40,316 nucleotides of DNA, from contig JABHQB010000036.1 in the NCBI GenBank assembly GCA_018695965.1, positions 1 to 40,316 on the forward strand, given 5' to 3'. The stretch comes from Flavobacteriales bacterium. Lineage in GTDB: Bacteria; Bacteroidota; Bacteroidia; Flavobacteriales; BACL11. Under the pieces are notes generated by a model, which ran no database searches, had not been told where the DNA came from, and saw nothing but the letters and a program-made list of their open reading frames with translations. The translations under genes were made by a program, and so were the position numbers. Of the stretch, positions 1-8,245 are shown piece after piece. How positions within the stretch are numbered: position 1 is the first letter of the stretch; each line of letters begins with the position of its first letter.

Positions 1-1
1 A

Positions 2-514
2 CAATTTGCATATCAAGACAAGCCTTTTCCTATTGGCTCAGGACAAACTATTTCTCAACCATATACAGTAGCTTTTCAGACTCAGCTTTTGGAGTTAAAT
101 CCTTATGAGAAAGTATTAGAAGTAGGTACAGGTTCAGGATATCAGGCAGCAGTATTAATTGGTATGGAAGCAAATGTTTATACTATAGAAAGACAAAAAG
201 AACTTTTTCAGAAAACAAAGGAATTTTTACCAGAATTAGGGTACAACTGTAATTTCTATTATGGAGATGGTTATAAAGGGTTGGAACAATTTGCTCCATT
301 TGACAAAATAATAGTGACTTGTGGCGCTCCAGCTATTCCTGAAGATCTTATAAAACAATTAAAGATAGGAGGAAGAATGGTAGCTCCTATAGGAAAAGAT
401 AATGTACAAGTAATGAACCTTATTGAAAAAACATCAGAAACAGAAACTAAAATAACTACTCATGGGGAGTTTTCATTTGTACCCATGCTAAATGATAAAA
501 CTAATGGAAACTAA
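2..514 (+). CDS. pcm: Protein-L-isoaspartate O-methyltransferase, 5'-truncated by the window edge
   Basis: The frame of ORF 89..514 stays open back to base 2 (QFAYQDKPFPIGSGQTISQPYTVAFQTQLLEL...). The listed M at 89 is only an internal TTG. It carries the GQTISQP signature and the SAM-binding VLEVGTGSGYQAAVL motif. Confidence 0.9.
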   Translation, partial: QFAYQDKPFPIGSGQTISQPYTVAFQTQLLELNPYEKVLEVGTGSGYQAAVLIGMEANVYTIERQKELFQKTKEFLPELGYNCNFYYGDGYKGLEQFAPFDKIIVTCGAPAIPEDLIKQLKIGGRMVAPIGKDNVQVMNLIEKTSETETKITTHGEFSFVPMLNDKTNGN

Positions 515-713
515 AGATTCTGTAGGAAATGTATTAAATGATGGTGACACAATTATAGTTGCTAAAACCTTAAAAGTGAAAGGGATGTCGAAAACTCTAA
601 AAAGAGGAGATAAAATAAAAAATATCCGAACTATTGATGATCCTAATAATATTGAGTGTAGAGTTGGAAAATCTCAAATTGTACTAAAAACCTGCTTTGT
701 AAAGAAGTCTTAA
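492..713 (+). CDS. Small PhnA/YjdM C-terminal-domain protein
   Basis: KDSVGNVLNDGDTIIVAKTLKVKGMSKTLKRGDKIKNIRTIDD..IECRV....IVLKTCFVKKS closely parallels the C-terminal domain of E. coli PhnA/YjdM (DSNGN.L.DGDSV..IKDLKVKGSS..LK.GTKVKNIRL......ID.KI......LKSEFVKK). It overlaps the pcm 3' end. An alternative ATG lies at 504. Confidence 0.75.
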   Translation: MIKLMETKDSVGNVLNDGDTIIVAKTLKVKGMSKTLKRGDKIKNIRTIDDPNNIECRVGKSQIVLKTCFVKKS

Positions 714-768
714 TTTTTTAATAATCTGTATTAATATATTTTTCTTGTTTAGATTTAAAATAATTTAG

Positions 769-776
769 TATATTTG
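769..776 (+). promoter_or_regulatory. Bacteroidota-type -7 promoter box (TATATTTG) upstream of the OMP gene
   Basis: Perfect match to TAnnTTTG, 29 nt upstream of the ATG at 806. Confidence 0.45.
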
Positions 777-805
777 GATTCTAACTAATTAAAAACTAAA
801 AAATT

Positions 806-1471
806 ATGAAAAAATTATTTACAATTTTAACTTTAGTTGTTTTAACTGCAACAATTTCGTTTGCACAAACTTTTGGGGTAAAAGCAGGTCTTAATATGGC
901 TAATATCACTAATGGATCAGATATACAAGAGATGTATGAAGCGGTTGGAGCGAAAAATAATATGATGCTTGGAATTTCTGTTGGAGCAACAGGATCATTT
1001 GAGTTATCTGATTTAATGAGTTTAAGTGCTGAATTAAATTTTACTCAAAAAGGAACAAATACATCATTTGAAGGTATGGATGATGATTTTGTAACAAAAA
1101 TTAATTTTATTGATATTGCTCCATCAGCTTCATTTAAAATTTCAGAAGGCTTTTCTGCAAATGTAGGCCCCTACATTGGTTTTGCGTTATCAGGAACTCA
1201 AACAGTTCAAGAAATTGATATAACTACAGGAGAAATAACAACAGCCTCAGAAGCAATTGACTTTGAGGAAGATGAGATAGGAACGTTGGATTATGGACTG
1301 AATGTTGGTGTATCTTATGTATTAAATGAGATGATTGCAATTAATGCAGGTTATAGTTTAGGTTTAGCTGATTTAAATGCGGAAGCCGCAGAGTTTGATG
1401 ATGGGGATCATTCTCAAAAAACTAATGGAATTTATTTTTCAGTAGGATATCTTTTTGGAGGCGGATATTAA
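806..1471 (+). CDS. Outer-membrane beta-barrel protein (OMP_b-brl_2 / porin-family-like)
   Basis: Sec signal peptide MKKLFTILTLVVLTATISFAQ. FGVKAGLNMANIT opening strand, alternating hydrophobic strands, aromatic C-terminus (SVGYLFGGGY). Confidence 0.7.
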   Translation: MKKLFTILTLVVLTATISFAQTFGVKAGLNMANITNGSDIQEMYEAVGAKNNMMLGISVGATGSFELSDLMSLSAELNFTQKGTNTSFEGMDDDFVTKINFIDIAPSASFKISEGFSANVGPYIGFALSGTQTVQEIDITTGEITTASEAIDFEEDEIGTLDYGLNVGVSYVLNEMIAINAGYSLGLADLNAEAAEFDDGDHSQKTNGIYFSVGYLFGGGY

Positions 1472-1496
1472 TTAATTTAATATAATTAGATTTAAT

Positions 1497-1525
1497 AAAA
1501 AAGGAACCATATGGTTCCTTTTTTT
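1497..1525. terminator. Bidirectional rho-independent terminator between convergent genes
   Basis: AAAAAA-GGAACCATATGGTTCC-TTTTTTT. A perfect 16-nt palindrome (1503..1518) is flanked by an A-run and a T-run, between the OMP gene (+) and the aminotransferase gene (-). The T-run overlaps the aminotransferase stop codon. Confidence 0.75.
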
Positions 1526-2705
1526 ATGCTTCTAGTATTTCTTTTATTATCTCACATCCTTTAATAATTTCTTCTTCCGATATTGTTAATGGTGGAGTAA
1601 TACGAATTGCAGTTTTAGTAAATAAGAAGTAGAATAATATTAAACCATTTTCTAAAGATTGTTCTACTACTTTTTTAGCTAATTCTTCATTTCTAAATTC
1701 TAAAGATAGCATCAATCCATTTCCTTTAATCTCCTTAATTTTTGGGTGAGATAAATATGTTCGAAATAGTTGTTCTTTTTTATCTACTTCCTTCATAATA
1801 TCAGAATTAAGTAAATATTCTAAGCAAGCCAAACTAGCAGCACAATTTACAGGATGTCCTCCAAAGGTAGTTATGTGCCCTAATTTTGGTTCAAAGGTTA
1901 ACAGATTCATCAATTCCCAAGAGGAAATAAAAGCTCCAATTGGCATTCCTGCTCCCATTCCTTTTGCTATGCAAAGTATATCAGGTATTATATCATACTT
2001 TTCAAATCCAAAAAGAGTTCCTAAACGGCCGTAACAAGTTTGTATTTCATCAAATATTAGGAGAGTTCCTGTTTCATTACATCTTTCTCTTACTTTCTTT
2101 AAGAAATCATTTGTAATTGTGATGAAACCTGTTCCTCCCTGAATGAGTTCTATTACAACTGCAGCAGTTTTTTTAGTAATTCTATCTAAGGAATTTTCAT
2201 CATTAAATATAATCTGATTACAATGGGGTAGAAGAGGTCTGTATTTTGCTTTATGATCTTCATTTCCCATAATAGAAAGAGCTCCTTGTGTAGAACCATG
2301 GTAAGAATCTTTACAAGAAATAATTTCAGCTCTGCCAGTTGCTCTTTTAGCAAGTTTCATAGCTCCTTCAATTGCTTCTGTTCCTGAATTTACAAAATAA
2401 GTTGTACTTAAACTTTCAGGAAGATTATCTGCAAGTAGTTGTGCTAATTTATATTGTGGAGATTGAACATACTCGCCATACACCATTACATGCGTATATT
2501 TTTCTAATTGCTCTTTTACATCATTTGTTATAATAGGGTTGGAGTGACCTATCGTATTTGCAGAAACTCCAGCTACAAAATCCAGATAAGATTTTCCATT
2601 AACATCATAAATATAACTTCCTTTTGCAGATTCTATTTCCAAACAAGAGGGGAAGGGAAAGGTTTGTGCTTGGTGAAGTTTAAAGATGTCTTTTGCAGAA
2701 GACAT
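1524..2705 (-). CDS. Class-III PLP-dependent aminotransferase (acetylornithine/GABA aminotransferase family)
   Basis: Family-typical blocks VNSGTEAIEGAMKLA, LIFDEIQTCYGRLG, and the PLP-lysine block DILCIAKGMGAGMPIGAF. Its start overlaps the stop of the upstream transketolase gene by 1 nt (TAATG). Confidence 0.85.
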   Translation of the reverse strand: MSSAKDIFKLHQAQTFPFPSCLEIESAKGSYIYDVNGKSYLDFVAGVSANTIGHSNPIITNDVKEQLEKYTHVMVYGEYVQSPQYKLAQLLADNLPESLSTTYFVNSGTEAIEGAMKLAKRATGRAEIISCKDSYHGSTQGALSIMGNEDHKAKYRPLLPHCNQIIFNDENSLDRITKKTAAVVIELIQGGTGFITITNDFLKKVRERCNETGTLLIFDEIQTCYGRLGTLFGFEKYDIIPDILCIAKGMGAGMPIGAFISSWELMNLLTFEPKLGHITTFGGHPVNCAASLACLEYLLNSDIMKEVDKKEQLFRTYLSHPKIKEIKGNGLMLSLEFRNEELAKKVVEQSLENGLILFYFLFTKTAIRITPPLTISEEEIIKGCEIIKEILEA

Positions 2706-3640
2706 TATTTTCTATTTATTACTTTTTTAGCAGATGTAATAATCTCTTTTGATGTAAGTCCGTATTTTTCCATTAATTTCATTGGAGGTCCACTTTCCCC
2801 AAAACTATCGTTCATTGCAACCATTTCTAATGGAGTTGGTAATTCTCTACTTAATAATTGAGCAATACTATCTCCTAATCCACCATTCATTTGGTGTTCT
2901 TCAGCAGTAACTACACATTTAGTTTTTTGTACCGATTTTAAGATTGCTTCTTTATCTAAAGGTTTTATTGTGTGTATGTTTATTACTTCTGCCAATATTC
3001 CTTCTTCCTTAAGTTTTTTAGCAGCTTCTAAGGCTTGCCATACTAAATGTCCGGTAGCAAAAATACTTACATCTGTTCCTTCTTCTAAATACAAAGCTTC
3101 ACCAATCTTAAAATCTTGATTTTCTGCAGTAAAGTTAGGTACTTTAGGTCTCCCAAATCTTAAGTATACAGGTCCTACATAGTTGGCAATAGCAATTGTA
3201 GCGGCTTTTGTTTGATTAAAATCACATGGATTAATAACAACCATTCCAGGTAACATTTTCATCAGACCAATATCTTCCAAAGTTTGATGAGTTGCTCCAT
3301 CTTCTCCGAGAGTAAGTCCCGCATGAGAAGCGCAGATTTTTACATTTTTATTGGAGTAAGCCACTACTTGTCTAATTTGGTCGTATACTCTGCATGTTGA
3401 GAAATTAGCAAAAGTACCTGTAAATGGAATTTTCCCTCCTATTGTTAGTCCTGCTGCCATTCCAATCATATTAGCCTCTGCAACTCCAACTTGAAAAAAT
3501 CGATCTGGATGGTTTGCAGCAAAATCCCCCATTTTTAGAGATCCTGTTAAATCTGCACAAAGTGCAACTACATTTTCATTTGTTTTACCAATCTGTGTAA
3601 GTCCTGCTCCAAATCCTGATCTTGTGTCTTTCATTTCCAT
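2705..3640 (-). CDS. Transketolase, C-terminal (pyrimidine-binding plus C-terminal domain) subunit of a split enzyme
   Basis: FFQVGVAEANMIGMAAGL, THQTLEDIGLMKMLPGM. ~311 aa, as expected for split TktB-type subunits. Confidence 0.9.
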   Translation of the reverse strand: MEMKDTRSGFGAGLTQIGKTNENVVALCADLTGSLKMGDFAANHPDRFFQVGVAEANMIGMAAGLTIGGKIPFTGTFANFSTCRVYDQIRQVVAYSNKNVKICASHAGLTLGEDGATHQTLEDIGLMKMLPGMVVINPCDFNQTKAATIAIANYVGPVYLRFGRPKVPNFTAENQDFKIGEALYLEEGTDVSIFATGHLVWQALEAAKKLKEEGILAEVINIHTIKPLDKEAILKSVQKTKCVVTAEEHQMNGGLGDSIAQLLSRELPTPLEMVAMNDSFGESGPPMKLMEKYGLTSKEIITSAKKVINRK

Positions 3641-3659
3641 AATAAATGTCTGTATTTTT

Positions 3660-4505
3660 TTAGTAATCTCCTAAAGTTTCTTCATTCTGATTTAAAGCAA
3701 TTTCTAATTGCTCGTCATTTGGAGCAGAACCATGCCATTTGTGTGTTCCCATCATGTAATCTACACCATTACCCATTTCAGTGTAAAGTAAAATCACAAT
3801 TGGTTTTTCTTTTTTAGTTTCTGCTTTTGCTGCATTTAACACATTAAGGATAGATGCTATATCATTTCCTCTTTCTTCTTCAAAAACTATCCATCCAAAT
3901 GCTTCAAATTTATCTTTTAGATCTCCCATTGAAAGTACTTCTTCTAAACTACCATCAATCTGTTTTTGATTGTAATCTACCGTAGCAATTATATTATCTA
4001 TTTTATTTCCTGAAGCATACATAATAGCCTCCCAATTCTGACCTTCTTGTAACTCTCCATCACCATGTAGTGTGTAAACAATAGAATTATCGTTATTTAG
4101 TTTCTTGGATTGGCAAGTACCCAATGCAACAGATAGTCCTTGTCCTAAACTACCGGAAGCTATACGGATTCCTTCTAGTCCCTCATGTGTTGCTGGGTGT
4201 CCTTGTAATCTAGAATTTAATTTTCGAAAAGTAGCTAATTCTGAAACAGAAAAATATCCACTTCTGGATAATACAGAATACCAAACTGGTGAGATATGTC
4301 CATTTGAGAGGAAGAATATATCTTCACCAATTCCATCCATGCTGAATTCTGTGTTATGGTTCATCACTTCAAAATAAAGTGCTATCATAAATTCTGTACA
4401 ACCTAAAGAACCTCCAGGGTGACCAGAGTTGTTTGCATGAACCATACGTACAATATCTCTTCTTACTTGAGGAATAATATTTTCTAATTTTTGAATATCT
4501 GTCAT
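3660..4505 (-). CDS. Transketolase, N-terminal (thiamine-diphosphate-binding) subunit of a split enzyme
   Basis: SGHPGGSLG and GDGELQEGQNWEA TPP-binding motifs. It lies directly upstream of the C-terminal subunit. Confidence 0.9.
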   Translation of the reverse strand: MTDIQKLENIIPQVRRDIVRMVHANNSGHPGGSLGCTEFMIALYFEVMNHNTEFSMDGIGEDIFFLSNGHISPVWYSVLSRSGYFSVSELATFRKLNSRLQGHPATHEGLEGIRIASGSLGQGLSVALGTCQSKKLNNDNSIVYTLHGDGELQEGQNWEAIMYASGNKIDNIIATVDYNQKQIDGSLEEVLSMGDLKDKFEAFGWIVFEEERGNDIASILNVLNAAKAETKKEKPIVILLYTEMGNGVDYMMGTHKWHGSAPNDEQLEIALNQNEETLGDY

Positions 4506-4528
4506 TTTATTGTTTTAATGTATGAGAG

Positions 4529-4536
4529 CAAATATA
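4529..4536 (-). promoter_or_regulatory. -7 promoter box (TATATTTG on minus strand) for the tkt-aminotransferase operon
   Basis: Plus strand reads CAAATATA. It lies 23 nt upstream of the ATG at 4505. Confidence 0.45.
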
Positions 4537-4652
4537 GTTTATTGAAAGAGTGTTTTTATTTTTAATAGTTTGGAAACATATCTATTTTATTAACGCTTTG
4601 TTGATAATTTTTTTCTCTTTTATTATCTAATATTATATGGAATAGATTTCTG

Positions 4653-4660
4653 TATATTTG
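4653..4660 (+). promoter_or_regulatory. -7 promoter box (TATATTTG) upstream of ychF
   Basis: Perfect TAnnTTTG, 21 nt upstream of the ATG at 4682. Confidence 0.45.
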
Positions 4661-4681
4661 CCGACCTAAAAAGAGAAATCT

Positions 4682-5779
4682 ATGGCATTACAATGTGGTA
4701 TTGTTGGTTTACCAAATGTTGGTAAATCTACACTGTTTAATTGTTTATCTAGAGCGAAGGCTCAATCAGCAAATTATCCTTTCTGTACTATAGAACCCAA
4801 TATTGGTATTATTAGTGTTCCTGATGTAAGAATGGACAGATTAGCAGAATTAGTGAAACCAGAAAAAGTACATCCTACCACTGTAGAAATTGTAGATATT
4901 GCAGGACTTGTAAAAGGAGCTAGCAAAGGAGAGGGATTAGGAAATAAGTTTTTATCTAATATTCGTGAAACCAATGCTATTATTCATGTCTTAAGATGTT
5001 TTGAAGATGATAATATAGTGCATGTTGATGGAAGTGTTAATCCGGTAAGAGATAAAGAAACTATTGATTTTGAATTACAACTAAAAGATCTAGAAACAAT
5101 AGAGAAGAAGAGAGAAAAACATATAAAGATTGCAAAATCTGGAAACAAAGATGCTCAGAAAATTGTATCAAGTTTAGAAAAATACATATCACATATTGAG
5201 AGTGGGAAATCGGCTCGTTCATTAGATGCAACAGATTCGGATTTAGAATCGATTCAGGATTTACATTTACTTACATCAAAACCAATTTTATATGTTTGTA
5301 ATGTAGATGAAAACACTATGAAATCTGGAAACAAACATGTAGATGCTGTTAAGGAAGTGGTGAAAGATGAAGATGCAGAAATACTGCTAATTGCAACTGC
5401 AATAGAGTCAGAAATTTCTGAACTAGATGATTTTGAAGAGCAACAAATGTTCTTAGAAGAAATGGGATTAAAAAAACCTGGAGTACACCATTTAATACAA
5501 TCAACATATAAACTTTTAAATTTACAAACTTACTTTACAGCTGGAGTAAAAGAGGTTAGAGCTTGGACGATTACAAAAGGAATGAAAGCTCCTCAGGCAG
5601 CTGGGGTTATTCATACTGATTTTGAAAAAGGTTTTATTCGTGCAGAAGTAATTTCTTACAATGATTTTTCTACATTAGAATCTGAACTTGCTTGCAAAGA
5701 ATCAGGTAAAATGAAGATTCAAGGTAAAGATTATATTGTAGAGGATGGTGATGTAATGCACTTTCTTTTTAATGTTTAA
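4682..5779 (+). CDS. ychF: Redox-regulated ribosome-binding ATPase YchF
   Basis: G1 motif GIVGLPNVGKSTLFN, VDIAGLVKGAS, and a C-terminal TGS-like domain (RAWTI.KG..APQAAGVIHTDFEKGFIRAEV). 365 aa. Confidence 0.95.
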   Translation: MALQCGIVGLPNVGKSTLFNCLSRAKAQSANYPFCTIEPNIGIISVPDVRMDRLAELVKPEKVHPTTVEIVDIAGLVKGASKGEGLGNKFLSNIRETNAIIHVLRCFEDDNIVHVDGSVNPVRDKETIDFELQLKDLETIEKKREKHIKIAKSGNKDAQKIVSSLEKYISHIESGKSARSLDATDSDLESIQDLHLLTSKPILYVCNVDENTMKSGNKHVDAVKEVVKDEDAEILLIATAIESEISELDDFEEQQMFLEEMGLKKPGVHHLIQSTYKLLNLQTYFTAGVKEVRAWTITKGMKAPQAAGVIHTDFEKGFIRAEVISYNDFSTLESELACKESGKMKIQGKDYIVEDGDVMHFLFNV

Positions 5780-5845
5780 TTCTCTTGGTTGAAAAGCTGT
5801 TAATAACACAATTTTAAATCTTTCAAAAAAACACTAGGAGTGTGT

Positions 5846-5853
5846 TATATTTG
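5846..5853 (+). promoter_or_regulatory. -7 promoter box (TATATTTG) upstream of parE
   Basis: Perfect TAnnTTTG, 43 nt upstream of the ATG at 5897. Confidence 0.4.
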
Positions 5854-5896
5854 CTAACTAATTTTTAAGGTAGTAGTTTATTTAATATCACTCAGA

Positions 5897-7741
5897 ATGG
5901 CAGTTCAAGAATATAATGAAGATAGCATTCGATCTTTAGATTGGAAAGAACACATCCGATTACGACCAGGTATGTATATTGGTAAAATGGGTAATGGTTC
6001 TTCACCTGATGATGGTGTATATATTTTATTAAAAGAAGTTATTGATAACTCCATTGATGAATTTGTGATGGATAATGGAAAAACTATTGAAGTTACTGTT
6101 AGAAATAATAAGGTCTCCGTTCGTGATTTCGGTAGAGGTATACCTCTTGGTAAAGTAGTAGATGTTGTCTCGAAAATTAATACAGGAGCTAAGTACGATT
6201 CCAAAGTATTCAAGAAATCAGTAGGGCTTAATGGAGTAGGATCAAAAGCTGCTAATGCTCTTTCCTCTTATTTTTGTATTCGTTCTATCAGAGATGGAAA
6301 AAGTAAGTTTGTAGAATTTGAGCAGGGAATTATTACAAATGATGAGGAAATTCAAGAAAACACATCCAGAAGAGGAACTAAAGTAACTTTTATTCCAGAT
6401 GAAGAACTTTTCGGAAAATATCGTTTTATAAATGAGTATATAGAAAAAATGATGTGGAATTATTGTTATCTAAACCCAGGACTTACAATAATTTACAATG
6501 GGGAGAAATTTTATTCAGAAAATGGGCTTTTTGATTTATTAGATCAAAATACAGAAGCAGAAATGTTATATCCGATTATTCATTTAAGAGGGGAGGATAT
6601 TGAAGTAGCAATTACGCATTGTAAAAACCAATATTCTGAGCAATATTACTCTTTTGTTAATGGACAACATACAGTTCAAGGTGGTACACATCAAATTGCA
6701 TATCGTGAGGCGATTGTAAAGACTGTCCGAGAGCATTTTGGCAAGAATTTCGATCCATCTGATGTCAGACAATCGATAAATACCGCAATTAGTATTAAGG
6801 TAATAGAACCAGTTTTTGAGTCTCAAACCAAAACAAAACTAGGATCTATAGAGATGGAGCCTGATGGAATTTCTGTTCGTGCTTTTATTAATGATTTTCT
6901 GAAAACGGAATTAGATAATTATTTGCACCGAAACACAGATGTTGCAGAAATCATTGAAAAGAAAATAAAGCAAGCGGAATACGAAAGAAAAGCAATGGCA
7001 GGCGTGAAAAAACTTGCTAAAGAAAGAGCAAAAAAAGCAAATTTGCATAATAAAAAATTAAGAGATTGTCGTGTTCATTATAACGATCATAAAAAAGAAG
7101 AAAGACACGAAACAACTATTTTTATTACAGAGGGAGATTCTGCATCAGGATCTATTACAAAAACTCGAGATATTAAAACTCAGGCTGTATTTTCATTAAG
7201 AGGTAAACCTTTAAATTCTTTCGGTCTTTCAAAGAAAATTGTTTATGAGAACGAAGAATTTAATCTGTTGCAAGCAGCATTAAATATAGAACAAGGTATA
7301 GATGAACTCAGATACAATAAAATTGTAATTGCAACAGATGCGGATGTTGATGGAATGCATATCAGGTTATTATTAATTACTTTCTTTTTACAGTTTTTTC
7401 CTGAATTAGTAAAAGAAGGTCATGTTTATGTTCTGGAAACTCCATTATTTAGAGTTCGTAATAAAAAGGAAACTCATTATTGTTATTCTGATGAGGAGAA
7501 ACAAATAGCAATGGAAAAGGTAGGTAAAAATCCTGAAATTACTAGATTTAAGGGGTTAGGTGAGATTTCTCCAAATGAGTTTAAACATTTTATAGGAAAA
7601 GACATAAGGTTGGAACCTGTAATACTTGGAAAAGAAAATAAAATACAAGAGATTCTTACTTTCTTTATGGGTAAGAACACTCCGGATAGACAAAAGTTTA
7701 TTATAGATAATTTACGAGTAGAAGAAGAAATAGAATTGTAA
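5897..7741 (+). CDS. parE: DNA topoisomerase IV subunit B
   Basis: GHKL ATPase N-terminus ([35 protein letters not shown]). Toprim block ([29 protein letters not shown]). The short 614-aa form lies next to a ParC-type A subunit. Confidence 0.85.
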   Translation: MAVQEYNEDSIRSLDWKEHIRLRPGMYIGKMGNGSSPDDGVYILLKEVIDNSIDEFVMDNGKTIEVTVRNNKVSVRDFGRGIPLGKVVDVVSKINTGAKYDSKVFKKSVGLNGVGSKAANALSSYFCIRSIRDGKSKFVEFEQGIITNDEEIQENTSRRGTKVTFIPDEELFGKYRFINEYIEKMMWNYCYLNPGLTIIYNGEKFYSENGLFDLLDQNTEAEMLYPIIHLRGEDIEVAITHCKNQYSEQYYSFVNGQHTVQGGTHQIAYREAIVKTVREHFGKNFDPSDVRQSINTAISIKVIEPVFESQTKTKLGSIEMEPDGISVRAFINDFLKTELDNYLHRNTDVAEIIEKKIKQAEYERKAMAGVKKLAKERAKKANLHNKKLRDCRVHYNDHKKEERHETTIFITEGDSASGSITKTRDIKTQAVFSLRGKPLNSFGLSKKIVYENEEFNLLQAALNIEQGIDELRYNKIVIATDADVDGMHIRLLLITFFLQFFPELVKEGHVYVLETPLFRVRNKKETHYCYSDEEKQIAMEKVGKNPEITRFKGLGEISPNEFKHFIGKDIRLEPVILGKENKIQEILTFFMGKNTPDRQKFIIDNLRVEEEIEL

Positions 7742-8245
7742 ATGGAGAAATTTTTAATACATAATAAAAAACAATCGATAAAACTTACTTTATTAGTTAT
7801 CGTGCTATTTTTTTCTGGTTTAATTCTTCCATTAACCTTTCATGTTTATTTTTATTATACTGACATTTACAAATTTATAATTAACAATAACTATTTGATT
7901 TATATAGCATCTTTTTTATTTTTTTATGTCATATATAATGGGATTTTCTATTATAAAATAAAATTTGATTCTTCTTCATTAAGAATAGAATCAAGAAGAA
8001 TTCTATCTATTTGGTTTGTTTCAAAGGTTTATAATATAGAAATGACAAATGATATGCTAATTGATTTTCGTTTTGTTGGAAGTTTTTTATCTATAAATGA
8101 TAAATTATTAATACAAATGAGATCAAGTAGTGGAAGGAAATCTGCAGTCAGAATACCACTAACTTTAGTAGGTAAAAAGAGAAAAAGAAAGTTAGAACAG
8201 ATATTTAATAAAATAATTCAGAATAACGGATGTCAGACGAGTTAG
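7742..8245 (+). CDS. Hypothetical membrane protein wedged between parE and parC
   Basis: It starts on the base after the parE stop and overlaps the parC start by 16 nt. There are two to three predicted TM helices (LTLLVIVLFFSGLILPLTF, LIYIASFLFFYVIYNGIFYY), then a ~90-aa soluble tail ending in a KKRKRK patch. I recognise no family. Confidence 0.5.
   Translation: MEKFLIHNKKQSIKLTLLVIVLFFSGLILPLTFHVYFYYTDIYKFIINNNYLIYIASFLFFYVIYNGIFYYKIKFDSSSLRIESRRILSIWFVSKVYNIEMTNDMLIDFRFVGSFLSINDKLLIQMRSSSGRKSAVRIPLTLVGKKRKRKLEQIFNKIIQNNGCQTS

Noticed and set aside
2508-2861. 117-aa plus-strand ORF spanning the aminotransferase / transketolase-C junction.
   Set aside because: It lies entirely antisense to two strongly supported CDSs. 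Its low-complexity, Ile/Phe/Cys-rich product has no recognisable motif. It is a typical shadow ORF in AT-rich DNA.
4105-4377. 90-aa plus-strand ORF inside the transketolase N-terminal subunit gene.
   Set aside because: It is antisense to a CDS with clear TPP-binding motifs. It has no promoter box and no family resemblance.
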